Part shown: in pieces, positions 49,628 through 57,685 of the stretch
How the letters are laid out: every line of letters starts with the position of its first letter
Numbering within the stretch: the first letter of the stretch is position 1
Virus record (IMG/VR): IMGVR_UViG_3300043438_001944
Coordinates: 1 to 64,000 of that record
Origin: an uncultured virus (IMG/VR IMGVR_UViG_3300043438_001944)
Taxonomy: Duplodnaviria; Heunggongvirae; Uroviricota; Caudoviricetes
DNA length: 64,000 nucleotides
Strand: one strand, 5' to 3'
Translations under genes and position numbers: made by a program
Notes under the pieces: model-generated
The model's database searches: none
What the model was told of the DNA's origin: nothing
What the model saw: the letters and a program-made list of their open reading frames with translations, nothing else

Positions 49628-51298
49628 TTACTCCACAGTCAAATTAATCTTGTTTCCGTTTCCGTCAACAGCATCAGCTAAAACTGTATAAAATAAACCC
49701 GCAGTGTTTGTTATGGTTTCTTTTGGTGTAAATGTTAATTTATATGGTGTACCTGTTTTAATTCTTGCAGTTTTTGTTTGATCCATAGAACCAAATGTTA
49801 ATCTACCATCTCCGTTTGTTGAGAAGTTAGTTACACTTGGACCCGCATCAAATGAAATATTATCAAAAGTTAATTTAGAATTATCATATTGTAATATAAC
49901 CTCTAAACCAGCTAAACCTTCTTTTGTTAAATTACCAGTCAATACTACCTTACCGTTAACTATTGTAGAGGTTAAACTTAATTTAGCAGTTTCAAATACT
50001 TGATTATATGACATTGATTGAACTGACATTGATTTATTAACTCCAACTTCATCATTACCTTTAATTGAATTTGCATAATTACCAGTTGAAATTCTACTTG
50101 CAATTTCAGTTAATGAAGATGAGTGAGAAAAATCTAAATCACCATTCCAAGCAAAAACCATGTCCACCGCTTGTGTTGCTGATGTTACGGTCGTTATATA
50201 CTTATTTGTACCATCTAACCATCCTTGATTTAATAATGAACTACCATAACGAAGTGTTGTTGCGGTAGATGAAGGGATAAATGCCTTTGTACTTACATCT
50301 ATACCCATCACATGTGAAAATAAATAATATGCGTCTGTCTCATTATAAATCTCCGTACCCGTACCATCATCTTTAGATACGTTGGCCATTATTCTTTCTC
50401 GATTATATTGGAAAAAGTTTTTTGTACCATTAATGTCAGTTTGAGCGATACCTAAAAATGCTTTATACGCATCAGACACTGTTATAACATTGTTCATCCA
50501 TGTTTTACCATTTGGAGGACTTACCATTAATCCAATGGTATCCCCTACTTTAACTTCGGTTGTAAATGTTGCTTCACCACTTGCATCTAATTGTTTAAAT
50601 GCTAATGGGGGTTTAGTCCAATCAACATCAGTTTTAGTTGCGTTTAATTGTAATAATGAAATTCCATGATCTGCAATGGTATAACCTTGTGGAAATAATA
50701 CTCTCACTTTAAATGACGAAGTACCACCTTTTACTGAACCTAATGATATTGTACCAGGATTTGTGGTGATTGGTGTGATACTTGCACTTGTGGCATCTAT
50801 AGAGTATGCTAAATCTAATTTATGAATATTTGTATAATCAACTAAATCTTTGATTATATATTTTTGAGTTGCAATATCACCATTGATTGACGCATCGGTT
50901 CTTTGTATTGTCAATTGAGCGGCGTTCCAATCTGCGTTTGTTACGTAACCCCAAGGAGTTGCCAAATATTGTGCATATAAACTTGTCGCAGTAATACCAT
51001 TTGCGGTACTTGGTGTAAATTTATAACCGGACCAACCCGTGTAAAATGTTTGTACTGATGAACCTTGTGAGAATACGGTTGAGACATATGTTAATGCCTT
51101 ATTATTAAATTGGTACCTTAACCAAAAATATCTTGGTGTTGTTGTACCTTTATTAATTGTGTATTTTACCGAAAGGGTATCACCAACTTTTAAGTTTGCA
51201 GTGGGTGAAAACGATTGGTTAATTGTAAATTGAGCGGATGATTTAAACGTAGTTAGGGATAGTAAGATTACCCCAACAAGTGTCAATAATTGTTTCAT
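49628..51298 (-). CDS. Exported protein with N- and C-terminal cohesin-like domains and a dockerin-like segment
   Basis: Signal SSA-Q; LKVGDTLSVKY...LRYQFNNKALTY; ITVSDAY; LAGLEVILQYDNSKLTF. Confidence 0.7.
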   Translation of the reverse strand: MKQLLTLVGVILLSLTTFKSSAQFTINQSFSPTANLKVGDTLSVKYTINKGTTTPRYFWLRYQFNNKALTYVSTVFSQGSSVQTFYTGWSGYKFTPSTANGITATSLYAQYLATPWGYVTNADWNAAQLTIQRTDASINGDIATQKYIIKDLVDYTNIHKLDLAYSIDATSASITPITTNPGTISLGSVKGGTSSFKVRVLFPQGYTIADHGISLLQLNATKTDVDWTKPPLAFKQLDASGEATFTTEVKVGDTIGLMVSPPNGKTWMNNVITVSDAYKAFLGIAQTDINGTKNFFQYNRERIMANVSKDDGTGTEIYNETDAYYLFSHVMGIDVSTKAFIPSSTATTLRYGSSLLNQGWLDGTNKYITTVTSATQAVDMVFAWNGDLDFSHSSSLTEIASRISTGNYANSIKGNDEVGVNKSMSVQSMSYNQVFETAKLSLTSTIVNGKVVLTGNLTKEGLAGLEVILQYDNSKLTFDNISFDAGPSVTNFSTNGDGRLTFGSMDQTKTARIKTGTPYKLTFTPKETITNTAGLFYTVLADAVDGNGNKINLTVE

Positions 51299-51299
51299 T

Positions 51300-51953
51300 T
51301 TATTTATTTTTTTCCATTAATTTATTTATTAGTTTTTCACTAGCCTTTTTGAGTGCATTACTTAAAGAAGTTTGATTGAATGAACCTCCCTCATCGACGA
51401 TAAGTGTTGACATTGAAACTTCAGATGATGATTCCTGAACAACCAGCTCTTTTTCTTTTTTACCGTCTTTTGTCAACGTCCCCTTCAGTCTAATGACCAC
51501 TTCCTCTTCACCAGAATGGAAAACAGATATGTTCTTCTTAGTTGTAAGAACATCTAAATAAACAATTTGTACTTGTAATTTGTACGGAGATGATGCGGAT
51601 AAATCGTAACCCTTTTCTTGTAGAAACTCTTCTAATATATTTTTAACCCCGAATGCTAAATTTCTGTTACCAGCTAATTTTCCGATTTTAACTTCGTTAG
51701 TTACACTCTCAACCCATATGTGGTCGTCGGCATCATACCATATGTTTTCAGGTGAGTTTTTGAACGTACCGTCAATTCTCCATTCAATCCAATTGACTAT
51801 ATTTCGTGTTGTTTCGGTTTTACCTGCCATTTCGAGGTAAACCATGAATAATTGAAAACATAACGCAAATAATATCCAAAATCCAGCAAAGAAGATGAAT
51901 AGGTGAGCAAGTTTATGTCCTAGGGTGATTGATAGAGATTTGATTTTTTCCAT
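51300..51953 (-). CDS. Membrane-anchored CsgG-like paralog
   Basis: N-terminal TM; LAFGVKNILEEFL and FNQTSLSNALKKA parallel the motifs of 42968-43690. Confidence 0.55.
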   Translation of the reverse strand: MEKIKSLSITLGHKLAHLFIFFAGFWILFALCFQLFMVYLEMAGKTETTRNIVNWIEWRIDGTFKNSPENIWYDADDHIWVESVTNEVKIGKLAGNRNLAFGVKNILEEFLQEKGYDLSASSPYKLQVQIVYLDVLTTKKNISVFHSGEEEVVIRLKGTLTKDGKKEKELVVQESSSEVSMSTLIVDEGGSFNQTSLSNALKKASEKLINKLMEKNK

Positions 51954-52128
51954 ATAAAAATTTTAAGTTTCACCTACCAATTTTCATACGAAAAAAGTAA
52001 GTGGAGAGATAAGTTTATTTTGTCTACCAATAAATATCACTTTATGTTGACTAGTCTAAAAAATATTTTAAACTTTTATTGATTATATACATATTTATTA
52101 GTACCTTTATAAAAATAAACAAATTTCA

Positions 52129-52227
52129 ATGAGACAAATAACATATACAACGTCGTTCATGAATCCGCAAATTACGTGGAATGAGCAACCTATGTCCATA
52201 TGTCTCGATGATACTGATGTTGGTTAA
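52129..52227 (+). CDS. 32-aa leader-like peptide upstream of the tRNA array
   Basis: MRQITYTTSFMNPQITWNEQPMSICLDDTDVG; preceded by TATTTAT (52092) and an A-rich leader. Confidence 0.45.
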   Translation: MRQITYTTSFMNPQITWNEQPMSICLDDTDVG

Positions 52228-52250
52228 TTTAGTTTAACTTAAAATATTAG

Positions 52251-52284
52251 AAAACCTCGGGACTTAAAAATCTCGAGGTTTTTT
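52251..52284 (+). terminator. Intrinsic terminator immediately before the tRNA array
   Basis: aaaacctcggga-cttaaaaa-tctcgaggtttttt. Confidence 0.7.
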
Positions 52285-52309
52285 GTTTTTTATATAAAAC
52301 GAGTAATAT

Positions 52310-52384
52310 AGGGTAATGGACTAATGGCTAAGTCACTTGCTTTGGGAGCAAGGTATCATGGAGGTTCGAGTCCTCTTTACCCTA
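52310..52384 (+). tRNA. tRNA-Pro(UGG)
   Basis: Cloverleaf; anticodon arm cttgc-tttggga-gcaag; T-loop ttcgagt. Confidence 0.85.
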
Positions 52385-52389
52385 CAATT

Positions 52390-52461
52390 GTTGATGTAGC
52401 TTAATGGTGAAGCTTTCGGCTGTTAACCGAACGACTATAGGTTCGAGTCCTATCATCAACG
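52390..52461 (+). tRNA. tRNA-Asn(GUU)
   Basis: ttcgg-ctgttaa-ccgaa; acceptor gttgatg/catcaac. Confidence 0.9.
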
Positions 52462-52466
52462 CAAAC

Positions 52467-52538
52467 ATCCGTGTAGTTCAATTGGTAGAACGCCGCTCTC
52501 CAAAAGCGTAGATGAAGGTTCGAGTCCTTACATGGGTG
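52467..52538 (+). tRNA. tRNA-Trp(CCA)
   Basis: cgct-ctccaaa-agcg; acceptor atccgtg/catgggt. Confidence 0.85.
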
Positions 52539-52543
52539 CATAT

Positions 52544-52614
52544 TGTCCTTTAGTATAGCGGTAGTACAAGTGGTTTTGGTCCATCTAGCTGTGGTTCGAA
52601 TCCACGAGGGACAT
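52544..52614 (+). tRNA. tRNA-Gln(UUG)
   Basis: Anticodon loop ttttggt; acceptor tgtcctt/agggaca. Confidence 0.85.
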
Positions 52615-52620
52615 CAACAA

Positions 52621-52691
52621 TGCGGGGAGGAGGGTTCCCAACCAGTCTCATAAGCTGTGTTTTTCAGTTTCGACTACTGGCCCCGCAACCA
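52621..52691 (+). tRNA. Atypical tRNA-Met(CAU) with a very short D-arm and encoded CCA
   Basis: tgcgggg/ccccgca-acca; loop ctcataa; T-arm tcagt-ttcgact-actgg. Confidence 0.65.
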
Positions 52692-52735
52692 TTTTTTTAT
52701 ACAAAAAATTTAATTTATATTAAAAGAAAAACACA

Positions 52736-52975
52736 ATGGAAGACAATGTAATAAACAGGTTGGTGCCAAGATTAAGGAAAATAGGTGTTAATGTGGAACT
52801 ATTTGGAAATTATCCTTGGATATACTTGGATAAGGTAAATGGTAATAAAGTAAAACGAGAAGATTTCTTTGAAGGAAATCACGGATTTACAATTGCTTTC
52901 TTACCTTTGAAGGATGAAAAGATGGAGTTAACCGACATAAAAGAAGTTTTTAAAATAATAAGAAAATATAAATAA
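52736..52975 (+). CDS. Hypothetical protein
   Basis: 79 aa, GNYPWIYLDKVNG. Confidence 0.7.
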   Translation: MEDNVINRLVPRLRKIGVNVELFGNYPWIYLDKVNGNKVKREDFFEGNHGFTIAFLPLKDEKMELTDIKEVFKIIRKYK

Positions 52976-52976
52976 T

Positions 52977-53222
52977 ATGGCGAAGGGAATATTAGAATAT
53001 GATTTAAACGATTCAGACGACGCAATGGCACATCTAAGAGCCGTCAAGTCTTTAGATATGGCAATGGCTTTATGGGACATTGTACATAACACTAAAAAAG
53101 GTTTAGAATGGTCAATGGAGGGTAAAGAAATTGACAAATATGATGCTTTGGAATTAGTGTATGAAAAAATACACGAAATATTAAATAACCATAACATTAT
53201 AACAGACGAATTAATAAATTAA
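52977..53222 (+). CDS. Hypothetical protein
   Basis: 81-aa ORF coupled to neighbours. Confidence 0.7.
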   Translation: MAKGILEYDLNDSDDAMAHLRAVKSLDMAMALWDIVHNTKKGLEWSMEGKEIDKYDALELVYEKIHEILNNHNIITDELIN

Positions 53223-53225
53223 AGA

Positions 53226-53648
53226 ATGGAAAATAATGTTGACGCTTTAAAACTTAAAGCTGAATCAGAATTAAGAAGGGTGAAGGACGAAAGGGAGAAA
53301 AGAATTAAGGAGTATTGGAAAAACATACCAAAATTTAATAGTCCTGATGATGTTCCCGACTTACCAAAAGTTAACCAACAAGAATGGAAAGATTATTATG
53401 TTCCAAAACTGATTGAATCAGGAGCAATACCAAAAACGGAACTAATTGAAAATCAATCATATATTGGAAACCACAGGAATGCTCAGGTAGCCAAATGGAA
53501 CGGTCAAAAGTTTGTTTATCGAAGAACCAAGTTTAATAGTGTTTTTGATGATGAATGTAACCATTTTGAGGATGATGATGGGTTTGCCTTATTTGTTCCA
53601 ATTGGACTTGCGACTGAGGAACAATATGAAAAAAACTCTTTACTATAG
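53226..53648 (+). CDS. Hypothetical protein
   Basis: 140-aa ORF. Confidence 0.7.
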   Translation: MENNVDALKLKAESELRRVKDEREKRIKEYWKNIPKFNSPDDVPDLPKVNQQEWKDYYVPKLIESGAIPKTELIENQSYIGNHRNAQVAKWNGQKFVYRRTKFNSVFDDECNHFEDDDGFALFVPIGLATEEQYEKNSLL

Positions 53649-53679
53649 ACAGTAAAGAGTAAACAATAATTTATGATAA

Positions 53680-53711
53680 TTTGGTATATTCATAATTATT
53701 TCTTATCTTTG
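53680..53711 (+). promoter_or_regulatory. Bacteroidota sigma70-type promoter
   Basis: TTTG-N20-TATCTTTG. Confidence 0.7.
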
Positions 53712-53733
53712 TAGGAGAATAAACCTTTGAAAT

Positions 53734-53862
53734 ATGGCTAAAGCTCCAAGAACATCGAGAAGAGTTGCGAAAAAGGCTAGTAAAGCTTTAAGAAGTAAGA
53801 AATCGAGTAGAACCACAAAAACCCTTGCGGGTTCGGCTTTAAGACAACGAAGAAGAAAATAA
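53734..53862 (+). CDS. Very basic 42-aa protein not in the ORF track
   Basis: MAKAPRTSRRVAKKASKALRSKKSSRTTKTLAGSALRQRRRK directly after a promoter. Confidence 0.7.
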   Translation: MAKAPRTSRRVAKKASKALRSKKSSRTTKTLAGSALRQRRRK

Positions 53863-53960
53863 AATATTGGTTGATTGGGATTTAACGGGGCTAGCGAATA
53901 GCGAGAAACGCCAATCATAAAAACAGATGTCCACACCCCCATCTTCTGTTTTCCATAGTG

Positions 53961-54033
53961 GCCCGAATAGCTCAGTTGGTAGAGCAGCTGATTTGTAATC
54001 AGCAGGTCGTCAGTTCGAGTCTGACTTTGGGCT
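53961..54033 (+). tRNA. tRNA-Thr(UGU)
   Basis: gctga-tttgtaa-tcagc; canonical D and T arms. Confidence 0.93.
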
Positions 54034-54034
54034 C

Positions 54035-54213
54035 AACAGGTGACGACGGTGGTGGAACCCCACTGTCTATAAATCTCAACACCCGCCTTGATTCGCGGTA
54101 TTATAGCGGTGAGAGTAGAGTTACTACAAGTCGGGAGTAATTAACCCAATGACGAAAGTGTAACCACCAATGAAAATTGGTTATGATGTACGAAAGGGTA
54201 CGAAAAACCTGTT
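54035..54213 (+). ncRNA. Candidate multi-stem structured RNA
   Basis: Closing stem aacaggt/acctgtt; internal hairpins gacggtgg/ccactgtc, ccgc/gcgg, gtag/ctac, ccaat-gaaa-attgg. Confidence 0.5.
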
Positions 54214-54302
54214 AATTTTTTTGAGACTAATTCAATCGAGGACTTTGTCAACCAGAGCAGTGACTCGGATGGTGCAATTTAAGTTGGGTTAGAATCAATT
54301 TT

Positions 54303-54376
54303 GGATTGTTGGTGAAGTTGGTTATCATGCCACCCTGTCACGGTGGAGTTCACGGGTTCGAGTCCCGTACAGTCCG
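54303..54376 (+). tRNA. tRNA-Asp(GUC)
   Basis: ccacc-ctgtcac-ggtgg. Confidence 0.92.
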
Positions 54377-54575
54377 CACGGTTCGGTTAGTCACCGAATA
54401 GTATGTCCAATATGAAGAGAAGTGGTTTGACGACCATATGGAACTGATGATAGGACAAGGTTCTATTTAGATTGACCGTCTACTGTAAGGGGTAATATAG
54501 TAACCCAATGGTCTATTCCTAACCCGAAAGGGGACAGCTAAGACACCTGTGAGTTGGATAAATGAAGGTGTCAAC

Positions 54576-54663
54576 GGAGAGATGGCAGAGTTGGCCGATT
54601 GCGTCAGTCTTGAAAACTGAAGAACGGGAAACTGTTCCGTGGGTTCGAATCCTACTCTCTCCG
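54576..54663 (+). tRNA. tRNA-Ser(UGA)
   Basis: tcagt-cttgaaa-actga; long variable arm; G73. Confidence 0.93.
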
Positions 54664-54759
54664 CAAAGAATTAACTAAGATACCGTAAAATCGGTAGGTG
54701 GTGATTCCAGATTTATCTGTGAACCATTTAAACCCTGATAGCAATGTTAATTCTCATTT

Positions 54760-54831
54760 GCCCCTGTCGACTAAGGGTTAGGTCACATCCCTTTCACGGA
54801 TGTAATACGGGTTCGAATCCCGTCGGGGGTA
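54760..54831 (+). tRNA. tRNA-Glu(UUC)
   Basis: catcc-ctttcac-ggatg. Confidence 0.92.
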
Positions 54832-54909
54832 CAAAATTTTTTTATATTAAGATATTGATTTTCAATATTTTATTCTGTATATTTATCATATTATTAATAT
54901 TTATAATAT

Positions 54910-55212
54910 ATGATAGATAAAATCACATTATCGTTAATGTTATTTTTTAACACATTAACATCATCTATCGACCCAAGCCTTTCCGATGAAAGAAAGTCAG
55001 TCAATCAAATAAAAAAAGAGATTAAGTCTCTTGAAAGAAAGATTGAATGGGTTGAAGTAACAGATGAGAATTACGCTAGCAGGGCCGTCAAAACCAAAGA
55101 AATCACGGACGAGATTACCAAATTAAATGGTAAAATTGTAAAGATTGAGAAGGTTGCAAATTTAAAAGATAAGTGGGCTAAGGAGGATTCCTTAACCAAA
55201 TCAAAAAAATGA
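54910..55212 (+). CDS. Exported coiled-coil protein
   Basis: Hydrophobic N-terminus followed by a heptad-rich region. Confidence 0.65.
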   Translation: MIDKITLSLMLFFNTLTSSIDPSLSDERKSVNQIKKEIKSLERKIEWVEVTDENYASRAVKTKEITDEITKLNGKIVKIEKVANLKDKWAKEDSLTKSKK

Positions 55213-55658
55213 AAAAAATTATTTTAATGCTTACGTTACTTTTGGGAGTGGAAGTCGTGGCAAATGGACAAGAGTGGTTTATAACCGCCACTCGAAAAGG
55301 CGGTCCATCAGATGGTTATATAACAGGTGGGTTTATGAAAAAAGGTTGGGGATTTTATGCGGGACTTCCGTATGGTGAAGTAGGTGGTACCAATGGTGGA
55401 ATTACAATTCCCCCTGGCGTCAACACTAATACAGGAAACGTATCTGATAACATGAAGTTCGGTGTTCTTAGACAAGTAAAAGAGGACAAGGCGATTGTTG
55501 GATTTGGATTACAACCAACAGTTGATGGTAACAAACCAAATCTTCTTATAATGTACAATCCACTTAGACCAAGTAGTGTTTTAAATCTATGGACAATTGG
55601 TAATATGGTTGGTGATGATTTTACATTAGGACTTGGATTATCATATAAAGTAAAATAA
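55209..55658 (+). CDS. Small outer-membrane beta-barrel-like protein
   Basis: Signal VANG-Q; terminal FTLGLGLSYKVK. Confidence 0.65.
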   Translation: MKKIILMLTLLLGVEVVANGQEWFITATRKGGPSDGYITGGFMKKGWGFYAGLPYGEVGGTNGGITIPPGVNTNTGNVSDNMKFGVLRQVKEDKAIVGFGLQPTVDGNKPNLLIMYNPLRPSSVLNLWTIGNMVGDDFTLGLGLSYKVK

Positions 55659-55675
55659 AAATTTTTAGTTGTGTT

Positions 55676-55712
55676 AAACCCCCGAACAAACTAAAAATGT
55701 TCGGGGTTTTTT
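55676..55712 (+). terminator. Intrinsic terminator
   Basis: aaaccccgaaca...tgttcggggtttttt. Confidence 0.8.
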
Positions 55713-55760
55713 ATTTCACTTTTTTTCTTTATATTCTAATTATAATAAAACTATTTGTTT

Positions 55761-56963
55761 ATGACATGGAATTACGAAAACACTTATTTAGTTCATATTG
55801 AACTTTCTAATCGATGTAATGCCGCCTGTCCTCTTTGCCCAAGATATGTAAACCATTCCTTAAAGGTAAATCCTGAATTAGATTTGGATAGTGTTTCTTT
55901 AGTGAATTTCAAAAAATGGTTTCCGTTAGATTTTATTCAGAAAAGTAAAAGTTGGATTTTTTGTGGGACCAATGGTGATCCGATGATGGCAAAAGACGCA
56001 TATGAAATTTTAGAATATGTTGTAAAAAATTCAAAAGCCAAAATTCAAATAAACACAAACGGGTCAATGAGGGATGTAAAATTTTGGGCGAAATTAGGAA
56101 AACTTTTTGCGGAACCATGTGAGAATAGTAGATATGTGGTTTTTAGTGTGGATGGTTTAGAAGATACGAATCACATTTACAGAAGAAATGTTAAGTGGGA
56201 TAATGTTATGAAGAATATGAAGTCATACATTAAATCAGGAGCATTAGGAATTTGGGACTTTTTAATTTTTAAACACAATGAACATCAATTAGTTGAAGCT
56301 GAGACATTAGCGAAAAAAATCGGTATCACATTTTCACCTAAGAGACCTTTTGGATTTGAAACACATGAACCTGATGTATACCAAGATTTAATGGTTTACG
56401 ATGAGAATGGAAATTTCCTTTATAGAATTGAACCCGCAACTGAACAATTTAGATTAAATCATTCAGTTAAGAAATTTGAAATTAGTGAAGATAAAATTTG
56501 GTTACCAAACGACAAACCAACTAAAGAATCGATTGATAAAAAGTGGAATGATGTAATTAATAATAATTTAAAAGATTTTGAATTTCCTGAAAGGTTTAAA
56601 GGTAAAGCAGTAAATTGTAAATCGTGTCACCAAGCTGGTATGGAAATATATGTCGATTGTAAAGGAAACGTTATGCCGTGTTGTTTTGTTGGTACCATGC
56701 ACAATAGTAATTTTCAAAACAACGAAACTTTACAAATCAGAAAAGAAATTAATAACTACGGTAAAGATAAAATAAACCTAAATAATTATTCTTTAGTCGA
56801 AATTTTAGATAGTGATTATTTGGATTCTGTTTATGCTAATAGATGGGAGAATGCTAAAAGTGATAAAGATAAAATGGTTTATTGTTTTAGTACATGTTCT
56901 ACTGACCATATGAAAGACCTTTTTGTTAAAAAAGATGGATTACCAATTAGTGAGATTAAATAA
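55761..56963 (+). CDS. Radical SAM protein with SPASM/twitch-like C-terminus
   Basis: CNAACPLC, G.GDP, TNGS, FSVDG; IYVDCKGNVMPCC and C...C. Confidence 0.9.
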   Translation: MTWNYENTYLVHIELSNRCNAACPLCPRYVNHSLKVNPELDLDSVSLVNFKKWFPLDFIQKSKSWIFCGTNGDPMMAKDAYEILEYVVKNSKAKIQINTNGSMRDVKFWAKLGKLFAEPCENSRYVVFSVDGLEDTNHIYRRNVKWDNVMKNMKSYIKSGALGIWDFLIFKHNEHQLVEAETLAKKIGITFSPKRPFGFETHEPDVYQDLMVYDENGNFLYRIEPATEQFRLNHSVKKFEISEDKIWLPNDKPTKESIDKKWNDVINNNLKDFEFPERFKGKAVNCKSCHQAGMEIYVDCKGNVMPCCFVGTMHNSNFQNNETLQIRKEINNYGKDKINLNNYSLVEILDSDYLDSVYANRWENAKSDKDKMVYCFSTCSTDHMKDLFVKKDGLPISEIK

Positions 56964-56968
56964 AACAC

Positions 56969-57685
56969 ATGGATAAAAAAATATTATTTATTGGTGATAG
57001 TTGGGTTACGAATTTATTTAATAACTACGTATGGGGTACTAAATGTCCAATTAAAAGTTTTTGGATTGATGAAGGATTTACTCCTTATTTTTTAGGTGAC
57101 CCTAGTAGAGATACTCAAACAATTATAGATTTATGGATAAAGTGTATACCTCACTTAACACCTGATGATTTATTAGTGATATTCTTACCAGTTTTTAATC
57201 GAACAAGACTTCCATTAAATGAAAAGGAATTTTATCCTATTATGGGTGACGTTACAAAAGTTAATAGCCGATTTAGAGGAACCAAATCATATAACCCAAA
57301 ATTTACTTTTTTAGAAATATGGGGTAATGAATATAGTTTTGATTACTTCAGTAAAAAAATGGAAACTCAAGAATTAATTAATGGTAGTAATTCATCAATT
57401 TTAAATTATATTGAGGTTATCGATTCATTATGTAAAATAACACCATGTAAAAAACTTGTTCATTGTTGGGATTATAAAAAACATGATAGTGAGGTTATCG
57501 TTTATCGAGATGAGATGACTGAGTTGGTTGGAATGTGGGAAACAAGAGCGGAAATACATAGAAGAACTAATGGAGAACAAGAAATGGAGGGGGATTCTCA
57601 TTGGAGTGATGAAATGAATTTAAAATTTATGGATTTCTTAAAAAAACATTTTAGTAAAAAGTATAAACAAAAACGTTTGATATGA
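56969..57685 (+). CDS. SGNH/GDSL hydrolase-like protein
   Basis: ILFIGDSW...DSHWS. Confidence 0.7.
   Translation: MDKKILFIGDSWVTNLFNNYVWGTKCPIKSFWIDEGFTPYFLGDPSRDTQTIIDLWIKCIPHLTPDDLLVIFLPVFNRTRLPLNEKEFYPIMGDVTKVNSRFRGTKSYNPKFTFLEIWGNEYSFDYFSKKMETQELINGSNSSILNYIEVIDSLCKITPCKKLVHCWDYKKHDSEVIVYRDEMTELVGMWETRAEIHRRTNGEQEMEGDSHWSDEMNLKFMDFLKKHFSKKYKQKRLI

Noticed and set aside
53958..54140. 60-aa ORF
   Set aside because: It overlaps tRNA-Thr completely. Likewise 58771-59112 and 59245-59433 are antisense to tRNA or tRNA-like genes.
54444..54530. Hammerhead ribozyme suggested by CTGATGA followed by a hairpin
   Set aside because: The stem after CUGAUGA is followed by TTTAG, not the required GAAA, and I could not build stems I and III.
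54576..54663. Stop-codon recoding implied by a 'TGA' tRNA
   Set aside because: Anticodon UGA reads UCA (Ser). Core genes are intact in code 11 and several end in TAG.
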